Shown here one piece after another: positions 10,222-19,675 of a stretch of DNA of 64,000 nt. The notes beneath the pieces were generated by a model. It was not told the origin of the DNA, ran no database searches, and saw nothing but the letters and a program-made list of their open reading frames with translations. Source of the DNA: a bacterium. Lineage in GTDB: Bacteria > UBA8248. Numbering within the stretch: position 1 is the first letter of the stretch; every line of letters begins with the position of its first letter. A program made the position numbers and the translations under genes. The stretch spans positions 3,168,001-3,232,000 of the forward strand of contig OZ253442.1 in the NCBI GenBank assembly GCA_965261085.1, given 5' to 3'.

Positions 10222-11748
10222 CTATTCTTCTCCCAGGGCGAACTCCTCTTCAGGCTGGCTTTTGTTCTTCCTGAAAAGAGCGGAAATTATCGGATATGCA
10301 AGGACGAGGGCGGTCAAAACGATAAGGGCGATGCTGATCGGCCGGGTCCATAGAATCGACCAGTCATCCTGCGACAGGCGAAGCGAAACCCTGAGGTTGA
10401 ACTCGACTTTTGGACCCAGGATGAGCCCGAGGATCAGGGGGGCGATGGGAAACTTCAGCCGCTCCAGGGCATAGCCGAACAAGCCGAACGCCAGCATCAG
10501 GTATACATTGAAGATGCTGTTCTCGAACGAATAGATCCCCACCACCGTCAGCGCGATGATGAGCGGCATCAATTGAACCTGCGCCAGCCGCAAGATGTTG
10601 GCGAACAGCTTCGTCGCGATGATGCCCCCGAACACGAACAAAGAAGCGGAGGTGAACAGCATCGCCCACATGTAGCCATATACCACGTCCGGCGCTTCCT
10701 TGAACAAGCGCGGGCCGGGTTCGAGTCCGTGGATCAAAAGGCCCGCTAGTATCAGGGCGGCCAGCCCGCTGCCGGGAACCCCCAGCGTGAGCGCCGGGAT
10801 CATGGCGGCCGCGTTGTCGGCGTTGTTGGCGCATTCGGCCACGGCGACACCAACGGGGTTTCCCTTGCCGAAGCTCTCGGGATCTTTCGATGAGCGTTTG
10901 GTTTCGTTATATGCGATGAAGGCGCCGACGACGCCCCCGACGCCGGGTAGAATCCCGATGATGATCCCGATGACGTTCGCGCGGATCCACGCGGGGAAAA
11001 TCTGCGCCCACGGCCAGTTCGACATGTCCGACTTGCCCTTGAACTCCAGGTCTTTCGATTTGACGCCGGTCATGATGGCGCGCTCGGCCATCTGAAACGC
11101 CGGCGGCAGCGCGTACACCCCGACCATGATGACGATGAGTTGCAGTCCGGCCGAGAGTTCCAGGGTGTCGAAAGTGAAGCGCTCATACCCGGTCACGTGG
11201 TCGAGCCCCACCATTCCCAGGACCAGCCCGATGCAAGACGCCATGAGGCCCTTGATGGGGTCCGAGCCCAACAGTACGGCGATGCTGGAAAGACCGAACA
11301 AGCTGATCCAGAAAATTTCGGGGGGGCCGAAGGCAAGGGCGAATTCGGCAAGCGGCGGGGAGAGTATCATTAGGGATACGGCGCTGACCATGCCTCCCAC
11401 CGCCGAGGAGACGCAGGCGATCTTGAGAGCACGCTCCGCGAGACCCTGCTGGGCCATCGGGTAGCCGTCGAACGTGGTGGCGATGGCGCCCGGCGTGCCC
11501 GGAATGCGCAATAAGACGGCGGGGATGGCGCCGCCGTATGAGCCGCCGTTGTGGATGCCGGCCATCATCCCCAGCGCCATGAGCGGGGACATGCCGAAGG
11601 TGAGGGGGATGAGAAGGGCGATGCCCATCGTCGCGGTCAGGCCCGGAATGGCGCCGAAGATGATGCCGCCAATCACCCCCACGACCATGGCGAGAATGTT
11701 CTGCCACTCGAGGATGACCCATAGGGAATTGTAGAAAGGCTCGATCAA
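10222..11748 (-). CDS. tctA: Tripartite tricarboxylate transporter permease TctA
   Basis: GAIPGL, IPGTPGAIATTFDGYPMA, ECANNA, PALTLGVPG. Confidence 0.93.
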   Translation of the reverse strand: MIEPFYNSLWVILEWQNILAMVVGVIGGIIFGAIPGLTATMGIALLIPLTFGMSPLMALGMMAGIHNGGSYGGAIPAVLLRIPGTPGAIATTFDGYPMAQQGLAERALKIACVSSAVGGMVSAVSLMILSPPLAEFALAFGPPEIFWISLFGLSSIAVLLGSDPIKGLMASCIGLVLGMVGLDHVTGYERFTFDTLELSAGLQLIVIMVGVYALPPAFQMAERAIMTGVKSKDLEFKGKSDMSNWPWAQIFPAWIRANVIGIIIGILPGVGGVVGAFIAYNETKRSSKDPESFGKGNPVGVAVAECANNADNAAAMIPALTLGVPGSGLAALILAGLLIHGLEPGPRLFKEAPDVVYGYMWAMLFTSASLFVFGGIIATKLFANILRLAQVQLMPLIIALTVVGIYSFENSIFNVYLMLAFGLFGYALERLKFPIAPLILGLILGPKVEFNLRVSLRLSQDDWSILWTRPISIALIVLTALVLAYPIISALFRKNKSQPEEEFALGEE

Positions 11749-11816
11749 GGTTTCATTCCTGTAGCTCGGCGTATGGGATCAAGTCGGCGTCCGGGCACGA
11801 TGTTTCTCGTTCCTCT

Positions 11817-12257
11817 TTAGTGGCGCAGGAAAAATTCCTGCGTGAGCGGGCGGTCGAAAAGCTGGTCGAAAACCACGAAGATGAACAGAAGATAACAAAC
11901 CGTGGTCGCCGCAATGACGAACCTGTTCCGGTAGCCCAGCGCCCAGGCTGCGGCGGGAATGAAAATCAACGAGGCGCTGTAGTAGCCGAGATACTGCACG
12001 CCGACGATGAAGCCCAGAGCCATGAAGGCGATCAGAACGAACCGTTTGTGGTGAATGAAGAACGGCTCGAAGGCTTTGATGCGCTCGGATTTGAGCCAGG
12101 ACTTCACGAACATGAGCACGGATAGGATGACCATCAACCCGATGACTATCCGCGGGTAGAAGGCCGCTTCCTCGGGGAAACTCCCGGCGTGGAAATAGAG
12201 GAAAGTCGTCACGACGAAGAAGATGACCGAGGCGACTCTGTCATGGTTTTCGAACAC
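11817..12257 (-). CDS. tctB: Tripartite tricarboxylate transporter small subunit TctB
   Basis: About 4 TM helices, AAFYP motif, position before tctA; GTG start after GGGGAAG. Confidence 0.8.
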   Translation of the reverse strand: MFENHDRVASVIFFVVTTFLYFHAGSFPEEAAFYPRIVIGLMVILSVLMFVKSWLKSERIKAFEPFFIHHKRFVLIAFMALGFIVGVQYLGYYSASLIFIPAAAWALGYRNRFVIAATTVCYLLFIFVVFDQLFDRPLTQEFFLRH

Positions 12258-12327
12258 GTGCGCTTCCCCCGCAAGCGTAGCCAGGGACAACCCGTCTGAG
12301 GCCGTATTTCACAGCGCCGCGTCTCTT

Positions 12328-13119
12328 TTAAGGCGCGGCGTCGACCTCCGCCAGGAACCCGAGCGTGTGCCGGCAGAACGCCTCGGGTCTTTCAATCGGG
12401 ATCAGGTGCCCGCAGTCGGGAACCTTGATCAGGCGCGAGCCGGGAATTCCTTCGTTCATGATTTTCGCATGGCCCATCACGTTGGTAATGTCCGTCTCGC
12501 CATTGAGAATCAGCGTCGGGGCTTTGATACCGGGGAGTTCCTCCTCGATGTCGAACGTCCCGAGCGCGGTGACCGTCAACTCGCGCATTTTTTGCGGTGA
12601 CTGGAGCGCGATTTCATACGCTTCTGCGATGTCCGCCTCATCGCTGCTCGGGCGAAACCAGTGGTGGATGAGACGCTCCGCGACGGCGGGCCACCCGTCT
12701 CGCTCCAACTCGGCCAGCGTTTCGGGGACGTTGCGCCCCGTCCGGTCGGGCATGGTCCCCACGAGCACCAGCCCGTCCACCCGCTCGGGGTAATCCAGAG
12801 CGAAGCACTGGGCGATCATCCCGCCCAGGGACAGGCCGCAGACGTGGGCCTTCTCGACGCCTAAGGCGTCCATCAAGCGCGCCAGTTCCCCGGCGAATCC
12901 GCTCGGTGAGAAATCGCCGGTTTCGGTTTTCTCCGATTCGCCGAATCCCTGACGATCATGGGCGATCACGCGGTAGCGTTTTTTGAATTCGGGCGTGATT
13001 TTGCGCCACACGCGGCCCGAACCCGCATTTCCGTGAAGAAAAAATACGGGTTTTCCCTCGCCTTCGTCGACGTAATGCAGATCGACTCCGGACACGTTGA
13101 TATGCGGCATACGCTCCAC
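12328..13119 (-). CDS. Alpha/beta hydrolase (enol-lactonase-like)
   Basis: FLHG, DRQGFG, GLSLGG nucleophile elbow, GETD, CGH. Confidence 0.88.
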   Translation of the reverse strand: MERMPHINVSGVDLHYVDEGEGKPVFFLHGNAGSGRVWRKITPEFKKRYRVIAHDRQGFGESEKTETGDFSPSGFAGELARLMDALGVEKAHVCGLSLGGMIAQCFALDYPERVDGLVLVGTMPDRTGRNVPETLAELERDGWPAVAERLIHHWFRPSSDEADIAEAYEIALQSPQKMRELTVTALGTFDIEEELPGIKAPTLILNGETDITNVMGHAKIMNEGIPGSRLIKVPDCGHLIPIERPEAFCRHTLGFLAEVDAAP

Positions 13120-13202
13120 CTGGCCCGAGGCGCAATAACACGTCGCGCCCTCGGGTTGCCTGTGATTCTATATAGTTGCCCGTCGAATCCCCTGGTGATG
13201 TT

Positions 13203-14180
13203 CTATTTCTTTTTCTTCTTCATCCAGGGATTCGTCTTCCAGAGCATCTCGTGGGCCATGTGAGAGTTGTTGGCGACTTTCGCCATCTCCTGCCCGCTCG
13301 TGTATTCCACCGCAACTTTTTGCTTATTCGCGACTTTCAGGAATCCCGGGTCTTCAATCGCCTTTTTGAAGGCGGCGCGCAGTTTCGCCAGTATGGGGGC
13401 CGGCACCCCTTTGGGAGCGGCCACGGGACGATAGACGAAGTTGGTGATGTCCACGCCTTGCTCCTTGAACGTCGGGATCCAGGAACCGAGCGACACTCGC
13501 TTGGGCGCCGCCTGGGCGATGATGCGCACCTTGTCCTTGAATTTCGCGATGGCCGAGAGCGATATCGCCAGGACCGGAACGTGGCCGCCCAGCAAGGCGT
13601 TGCGCGCGGGGCCGCCGCCGCCGAAGGGCACCTTGTTCAGTTTCAGTCCCGTCTTGACCATGAACTTGCTGGTCCCGATGCTGTGGACGCTGCTGAGCGC
13701 CGCCACGCCTATCGAGATTTTACCGGGATTCTTCTTGGCGTCGGCCATCAGGTCCGCCAGGGTTTTGTACTTGCTCGTATTGAGCACGGCGAACGTCGTA
13801 GGCCCCCTGTTGACGTTGCCCAGAAAGTCGAAGTCCTTGATGGTGTATTTCACCTTCCCCATGATGGGGCCGACGATGGCCTGCGGGAAGTTCGTCATAC
13901 CGATGGTGTAGCCGTCGGGCTTGGCGTTCGCTATCGCGTTGAACCCGATGTTGCCGCCCGCGCCCGGCTTGTTGATGATGGCGATTTTTGCACCTTTGCC
14001 CAGATGTTTCTCCAGGAAGGGAACGAAAGCGCGGGACGTCCTGTCGGAACCTCCCCCGACCCTGTAGGCGACGATGTAGTTGATGGCGCGTTCGGGATAA
14101 GCCGCCGTCGCCGGGGCGGAATGAAACCCCGTCAATACCAAAACACCACAGATGATGAAGCATTTCATAATCTTGGACAT
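13203..14180 (-). CDS. tctC: Tripartite tricarboxylate transporter substrate-binding protein (TctC/Bug)
   Basis: Signal peptide, YPER, GGGSD, NKPGAGG, PDGYT, VPFGGGG. Confidence 0.92.
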   Translation of the reverse strand: MSKIMKCFIICGVLVLTGFHSAPATAAYPERAINYIVAYRVGGGSDRTSRAFVPFLEKHLGKGAKIAIINKPGAGGNIGFNAIANAKPDGYTIGMTNFPQAIVGPIMGKVKYTIKDFDFLGNVNRGPTTFAVLNTSKYKTLADLMADAKKNPGKISIGVAALSSVHSIGTSKFMVKTGLKLNKVPFGGGGPARNALLGGHVPVLAISLSAIAKFKDKVRIIAQAAPKRVSLGSWIPTFKEQGVDITNFVYRPVAAPKGVPAPILAKLRAAFKKAIEDPGFLKVANKQKVAVEYTSGQEMAKVANNSHMAHEMLWKTNPWMKKKKK

Positions 14181-14434
14181 CAGGCTTCCTCCATGAGCAG
14201 ATTTTTCCCAGATTTCGTTTCAATTCCGTGAACTTGGCTCCTTTTTCTTGGTGGTTTTGCGCGCCGCGAGAGATGTTCCGCGAGCGAAAGGAAATATGAG
14301 CAAGCCGATTTTCCTCAAACGGCGCATGGCTCAAATACTATATGGATGGGCCTCATCATAGAGAATCCACGAAGGCGGCACAAGCGCGCCTCACCCGGCC
14401 GGGAAATCCCGATGCGCCGTGAATCGCCTCATCA

Positions 14435-15448
14435 TCAGCAAAGCGAGCGCAACAGGGATTTTCTGTCTTCGAGCTTCCAGACGCCTTCTCCGAGTCGCTC
14501 CCGCCGCCTTTCGGCATGCCATTTGCGGTAGGCGATCACTCGGGTGGCGGAAATCATCTCGCTCTCCATCAACTGGGCCGCTAGCTTGGCAGGGATGGGC
14601 TTTGCGCTTTCGCCTACCGGGTAGCCGAACTCGACGAGCAACTCCCCCATGACTTCCTCGAGCGCGGAAACATCACCTGCGGGGAGGCGCTTTTTGTACA
14701 TCTCGCAGTATTCCGTGGAAATAGGCCGCCCGCTCTTCACATGGTTGGGAAGTGAACTCCAGTTTTTGGAGGAATCCGTCTCATGATGGCTGAGCATTTG
14801 TCCGTCGAAGTCCTCGTTCAGAAATCCGCATAGTTTTTTAAGCGCATTCTCCGGGTCGGCGCACAAATCCTCGTACCGGATGACGTAGTAATCCGATTCG
14901 CTCAGACGTTTCCCCGATGCGTGCGCCGCGCCCGCAAAATCCTTCCAGACATGGGCGCCCGAATATACGTTCTCGGGCAGCATCTCGGGTGAGGCGGCGA
15001 TGTCGATCGCCATGTCGCGTCCATCGCGCACGATGTGCACGAATTGCGCATCCTCGAAATCTTGTTTGATCTCCTCCATCCAGAATGAATTCCGGGGAGA
15101 TTTTTCGCCCCACCGCTCCTTGCCCGTGCTCTCGGCGTAGTGGCGGTGCAAAGCGTCGTAAAGCCCGCGAAAGGTCGGCTCCCGAGAGGCGGAAACGAGG
15201 TCCTGAGGCGTGAAGTCGAGCTTCATGTTTTTGATAAAGGGGCTTTCGAAGAAGTCCTCGGCGAGCGCCGTGAGGTTCTCGGGGCTTGTGAGGTCGCCAT
15301 AGCTGTAAAGATAGGGATACACCATTTCATACAGCCAGGCGGGGGATGGCACGGCCAGGCGCGGGTGGGCGTCCAGGATGAGCCGAAACAGGGTCGAGCC
15401 CGACCGTGGGGCGCTGACGATGAATACGGGTTTTGAGAAATCCGGCAT
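14435..15448 (-). CDS. Sulfotransferase family protein (paralog 2)
   Basis: APRSGSTL, WGEKSP, HIVRDGRD, RYEDL; collinear with 2485..3498 over the full length. Confidence 0.9.
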   Translation of the reverse strand: MPDFSKPVFIVSAPRSGSTLFRLILDAHPRLAVPSPAWLYEMVYPYLYSYGDLTSPENLTALAEDFFESPFIKNMKLDFTPQDLVSASREPTFRGLYDALHRHYAESTGKERWGEKSPRNSFWMEEIKQDFEDAQFVHIVRDGRDMAIDIAASPEMLPENVYSGAHVWKDFAGAAHASGKRLSESDYYVIRYEDLCADPENALKKLCGFLNEDFDGQMLSHHETDSSKNWSSLPNHVKSGRPISTEYCEMYKKRLPAGDVSALEEVMGELLVEFGYPVGESAKPIPAKLAAQLMESEMISATRVIAYRKWHAERRRERLGEGVWKLEDRKSLLRSLC

Positions 15449-15688
15449 GTTTCCTCCTTCGTGGATTCTTAATCCCTTTTCGGGCGGGTGCTCACGACGT
15501 CCCCTTGCCCCGATATGAACAGAGTGTGTCTCATATACTCACGCGAGTGAGGTTCATAATCAAGCGGTGGTGAGGGAGAATCAGGTCATGCCTCCAATCG
15601 GTTCCCATCCTTGCAACCGCAGGGTTGATGCGATTTACTGCGAATCATGACCCCGCAGCAAAACTAACGAGCGCAAAAGGAGTTCAAG

Positions 15689-16501
15689 ATGGCAAGATTC
15701 GCCTTCGATTTCGTTCCTCTCCCCGAAGAGCGCAGCATGGAAAAACCCAGAACCAGCGGGATCACCATGATGATCGACAAGGGGGAGACCATCGAGTATC
15801 TCCAGGGCCTGCTTCGGATGAGCGGTTCGTTCATCGACCTGGGCAAAATAGCGGTGGGTACTTCACGCCTTTATCTCGAGGATTATTATCGAGAGAAGCT
15901 CGATCTGTTCAAAAGCCACGATATCAAACCCTTCATCGGTGGGCAGTTTCTGGAATTCATTTTCGCCACGCAGGGCTGGGGCGGGGTTCAGCCCTATTTC
16001 GAGGCGGCGGCGGAATACGGGGTCGAGGCGATAGAGATTTCCGACAATTGCGTTTCCTTATCCGACAATGAGAGAGAGCGAATGGTTCGCTCGGCCGTAG
16101 ACGCGGGCCTTGATGTGCACGGCGAGGTGGGCTCCAAGACCGGCAAGCAGGACATAGCGGAGTTAATCTCCCAGGCCGGCATCTGTCTGGAGGCGGGAGC
16201 CTCGGTAGTGCTTTTCGAGGCGGCCGAACTCATGCCGGGTGGAGAGATCGATAGGGATCTGATCGATGCTATTCGCAACCGGATGGACGCGCGGAAGGTC
16301 ATTTTCGAGCTGCCCGGCTGGTGGATCGAAGGCACGACGAACAACGTCATCTATGAACTCCAGAAATTCCTGATCACAGAATTCGGCCCTGACGTCAACA
16401 TCGGGAACGTGCCTCCCTGGATGACGTTCAATCTCGAGGCCTTGCGCTGCGGCCTCAGCTCGGCCGGCCCGACGGAGCGGAGCTTCGAATCCGCCGGATG
16501 A
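15689..16501 (+). CDS. comA: Phosphosulfolactate synthase (ComA family)
   Basis: KPRxxGITMMIDKG, IEISD, EVGSK, FGPDVNIGN, LEALRCGL. Confidence 0.88.
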   Translation: MARFAFDFVPLPEERSMEKPRTSGITMMIDKGETIEYLQGLLRMSGSFIDLGKIAVGTSRLYLEDYYREKLDLFKSHDIKPFIGGQFLEFIFATQGWGGVQPYFEAAAEYGVEAIEISDNCVSLSDNERERMVRSAVDAGLDVHGEVGSKTGKQDIAELISQAGICLEAGASVVLFEAAELMPGGEIDRDLIDAIRNRMDARKVIFELPGWWIEGTTNNVIYELQKFLITEFGPDVNIGNVPPWMTFNLEALRCGLSSAGPTERSFESAG

Positions 16502-16679
16502 GGAAATTTTTCTCTGGAACGAGAGCCTGCGCGTATGAAAAGCTATTTCTCGATAAGGAATCCGAGAGCGGTTTCACGAGATAGCTGAACTGCGATCCGG
16601 ATATGGACCTCGACGGGCATCTCCGGCGTGAGCGAAAGCTCGTTTGAGAGAGCGGTCAGCGGTCTCTTTCCCGCCGGGA

Positions 16680-17756
16680 TCAGCCTCCCACCCGCGCCCC
16701 GGTGTCGCCGTCGAACAGATGGGCGTTGTCCATGTCGAAGAACACCCGGATGCCCTCTCCCACCTGAGCGCGAAAATGGCCCTCTTCTTTCACGGTGAGG
16801 ACCTCTCCACCCAAATCGAGGGCGACGAAGGTGTCCGAGCCCAGGGGCTCGACGAGCTCCACCCGGCCCTCGCCGGAGACGAGGCGCGCGCCCCCGTCCT
16901 GAAAACCCAGATGCTCGGGGCGGAAGCCGAGAGTGTAGGCGTCTTCCTCGCGGCACCCTTCCGGCAGGGGGAAGCGCAGGGCGCCCGCATCCAGTTCGAG
17001 CCGTCCCTCCGCCCGGCGGACGCAGCCCTCGATGAAGTTCATGGCCGGGCTACCGAGGAACCCCGCCACGAAGCGGTTGACGGGGCGGTCGTAGAGCTCG
17101 ATGGGGGGGCCCACCTGGAGTATCTTCCCCTCGTCCATCACGACGATGCGGTCGCCCATCGTCATCGCCTCGGTCTGGTCGTGGGTGACGTAGATGGAAG
17201 TGGTGCCCAGGCGGCGCTGAAGTTTGCGGATCTCGGCCCGGGCGGTGACGCGGAGCTTGGCGTCGAGGTTGCTCAGGGGTTCGTCGAAGAGGAAGGCGAC
17301 CGGGTCGCGCACGATGGCCCGGCAGACCGCCACGCGCTGCCGCTGGCCGCCGGAGAGCTGGCGGGGCTTGCGGTGGAGGAGGTCTTCGAGCCCCATGAGG
17401 GCGGCGGCCTCCTTGACGCGGCGGTCGATGTCGCCCTGGGAAATCCGCCGGACGCGCAGGCCAAAGGCCATGTTTTCATAGACCGTCATGTGGGGGTAAA
17501 GGGCGTAGTTCTGGAACACCATGGCCATGTTGCGATCCTTGGCGGGAATCTCGTTCACGCGCTCGCCCGACACGCGGATCTCGCCGTCGGTGGGAAACTC
17601 CAGCCCGGCCACCATGCGCAGCGTCGTCGTCTTCCCGCAGCCCGAAGGCCCCACCAGAACGAGGAACTCCCCCTCGGCCACTTCGAGGTCGATCCCGTCC
17701 ACGGCGCGCACGCTGCCGAAGTGCTTGCTCAGGTTCTCGATGCTGACGGTGCTCAA
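16680..17756 (-). CDS. CUT1 ABC transporter ATP-binding protein (MalK/UgpC-like)
   Basis: GPSGCGKT, LSGGQRQR, DEPLSNLDAKLR, TOBE-like tail. Confidence 0.95.
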   Translation of the reverse strand: MSTVSIENLSKHFGSVRAVDGIDLEVAEGEFLVLVGPSGCGKTTTLRMVAGLEFPTDGEIRVSGERVNEIPAKDRNMAMVFQNYALYPHMTVYENMAFGLRVRRISQGDIDRRVKEAAALMGLEDLLHRKPRQLSGGQRQRVAVCRAIVRDPVAFLFDEPLSNLDAKLRVTARAEIRKLQRRLGTTSIYVTHDQTEAMTMGDRIVVMDEGKILQVGPPIELYDRPVNRFVAGFLGSPAMNFIEGCVRRAEGRLELDAGALRFPLPEGCREEDAYTLGFRPEHLGFQDGGARLVSGEGRVELVEPLGSDTFVALDLGGEVLTVKEEGHFRAQVGEGIRVFFDMDNAHLFDGDTGARVGG

Positions 17757-17767
17757 GTCGACTCCTC

Positions 17768-18616
17768 CTACTTCACCGCTCCGGCCGTGAGGGCGCGGAT
17801 GAGATAGCGCTGCATGAAAAAGCCCACGAGCAGGGCAGGCAGCATGATCAGCGTCGCCAGGGTGGACATGTCCTGCCAGAAGACCTGCATCTCGCCCATG
17901 GTCTCCGCCAGCCGGACGGGGATGGTCCGCGCGTGCACGTTCGTCAGCATGAACGCGAACATGAACTCGTTCCAGGCCAGCAGGAAGACGAAGATGGAGG
18001 TCGCGGCGATACCCGAGGACGCGAGGGGAAAGGTCACCCGCGCCAGGGTGCGCAGCGCGCCGCAGCCGTCCAGGGCGGCGGCTTCTTCGAGTTCTTTCGG
18101 AATGCCGTCAAAAAACGCCTTCATCAGCCAGGTGGCGAAGGGGATGTTGAGGGCGGTGTAGATGAGGATCAGGATGAACCGCGTATCGAGTATCTCGAGG
18201 TAGCGGAACAGCAGATAGAGCGGGACCACCGCGGTGACGGGCGGCAGGAGGCGCGTGGCCAGCATGAAGAATAGCAGGTAGTTCGACGCCCGGAAGCGGT
18301 AGCGCGAGAACGCGTAGGCCGCCAGGGAGGAGACCAGCAGGGTGATAAAGGTCGTGACCACCGCGATCAAGGTGCTGTTCCAGATGAACCGGAGGGCGGA
18401 TTCGTTTCCGACCCCGAGGAACTTCCAGTATGAGGAGAAATCCGGGATCACGAAGACCTGGGGCGGAATGCTGAAGATGGCGGTCTCGTTCTTCACCGAG
18501 GTGAGCATGATCCAGACGATCGGAAACAGGCTGAACGCGAGGAGGACCATCATCGCCCCGCGCGCCGCCGGGAAGGAGGGGATCCCCGGCCCGATCTGTT
18601 GTTCGCCCCGCGCCAT
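17768..18616 (-). CDS. CUT1 ABC transporter permease (MalG-like)
   Basis: IPKELEEAAALDG EAA loop, WNEF, C-terminal GAVK. Confidence 0.93.
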   Translation of the reverse strand: MARGEQQIGPGIPSFPAARGAMMVLLAFSLFPIVWIMLTSVKNETAIFSIPPQVFVIPDFSSYWKFLGVGNESALRFIWNSTLIAVVTTFITLLVSSLAAYAFSRYRFRASNYLLFFMLATRLLPPVTAVVPLYLLFRYLEILDTRFILILIYTALNIPFATWLMKAFFDGIPKELEEAAALDGCGALRTLARVTFPLASSGIAATSIFVFLLAWNEFMFAFMLTNVHARTIPVRLAETMGEMQVFWQDMSTLATLIMLPALLVGFFMQRYLIRALTAGAVK

Positions 18617-18619
18617 CGC

Positions 18620-19549
18620 CTAGCCGTCCCTGTCCTGAATGAGCCGCAGGTAGGCGAACGCGATCCCCGCGCCGAGCACGAGGAGGACGACCGAGGTGGC
18701 CGCCGCGTTGCCCACGTCGAAATAGCGAAAATAAGTGCGCTGAATGAGCAGGCCGTAGGGCATGGTGGACGTCCCGGGGCCTCCCTCGGTGAGAATGTAG
18801 GGAATGTCGAACACCCGCAGCTTGAAAATGGTCTGAAACAGCAGCGCCACCACCAGCGGGGGAAGTATGAGCGGAAATGTGATCCGCCGGAACACCTGTA
18901 TGCGGTTCGCGCCGTCCACGTGGGCGGCCTCGAATACATCGTTGGGCAGGGCGGTAATGCCCGCCAGGAGGATCATGGTGACGAAGGGCGTCGAGCGCCA
19001 GACCTCGCATATCACGATGGCCCAGAAGGCGGGCCCGGTCTCGGCGAGCCAGTTCACCTTGGCGATCCCCACGAGGGTGATGAGGAAGTTCACGATGCCG
19101 ATATCGCGGTCCCACATGAGCCGCCAGCCGAGACCCACCGCGATGGGAGCGACCATATAGGGGGTGAGGAGAAAAGAAGTCATGAGCCGCCGGCCGCGCA
19201 CCAGGCCGTAGAGCAGAAGAGCGCTCGCCACCCCCAGGATGAACTCCAGAGCGATGGTGGCCACGGTGAAGCCCAGGCTGAAGCGGGTCACCTGCCAGAA
19301 GTCGGGGTCGACCGTGAGCAGGCGGACGTAGTTCGAAAGGCCGACGAAGCTCGAGAGATGGGGCGTGGTGAGGCGCCATTTCCACATGGAGAGATAGATG
19401 TTGTAGATGGAGGGATAGACCAGTATTCCGCCGAGGATGACGAAGGCGGGCGCCATGAGCAGATAAGGCGCCATCGCCTGCTTTCGCGCGGGGGTGAGCC
19501 ACGCCCGGCCTCTCCTCCGCGCCGTTTCCTGAACGGCTCCTGTATTCAC
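18620..19549 (-). CDS. CUT1 ABC transporter permease (MalF-like)
   Basis: FVGLSNY, EAAHVDGA, LTEGGPG. Confidence 0.93.
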   Translation of the reverse strand: MNTGAVQETARRRGRAWLTPARKQAMAPYLLMAPAFVILGGILVYPSIYNIYLSMWKWRLTTPHLSSFVGLSNYVRLLTVDPDFWQVTRFSLGFTVATIALEFILGVASALLLYGLVRGRRLMTSFLLTPYMVAPIAVGLGWRLMWDRDIGIVNFLITLVGIAKVNWLAETGPAFWAIVICEVWRSTPFVTMILLAGITALPNDVFEAAHVDGANRIQVFRRITFPLILPPLVVALLFQTIFKLRVFDIPYILTEGGPGTSTMPYGLLIQRTYFRYFDVGNAAATSVVLLVLGAGIAFAYLRLIQDRDG

Positions 19550-19605
19550 GACCCTCTCCGTCCCTCCGCCTGCGGCCGCTTCCTGCGGATGAAGAACCAG
19601 GCCCT

Positions 19606-19639
19606 CCCCCGGGAGGATGAATCGACCTCCTCCCGGGGG
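19606..19639 (-). terminator. GC-rich hairpin after the binding-protein gene (attenuator or mRNA stabiliser)
   Basis: CCCCCGGGAGGA...TCCTCCCGGGGG 12-bp stem; no U-tract. Confidence 0.45.
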
Positions 19640-19675
19640 GTGCGCCTCCGCGTCCGTCTTCCGGCCACGGGCGTT

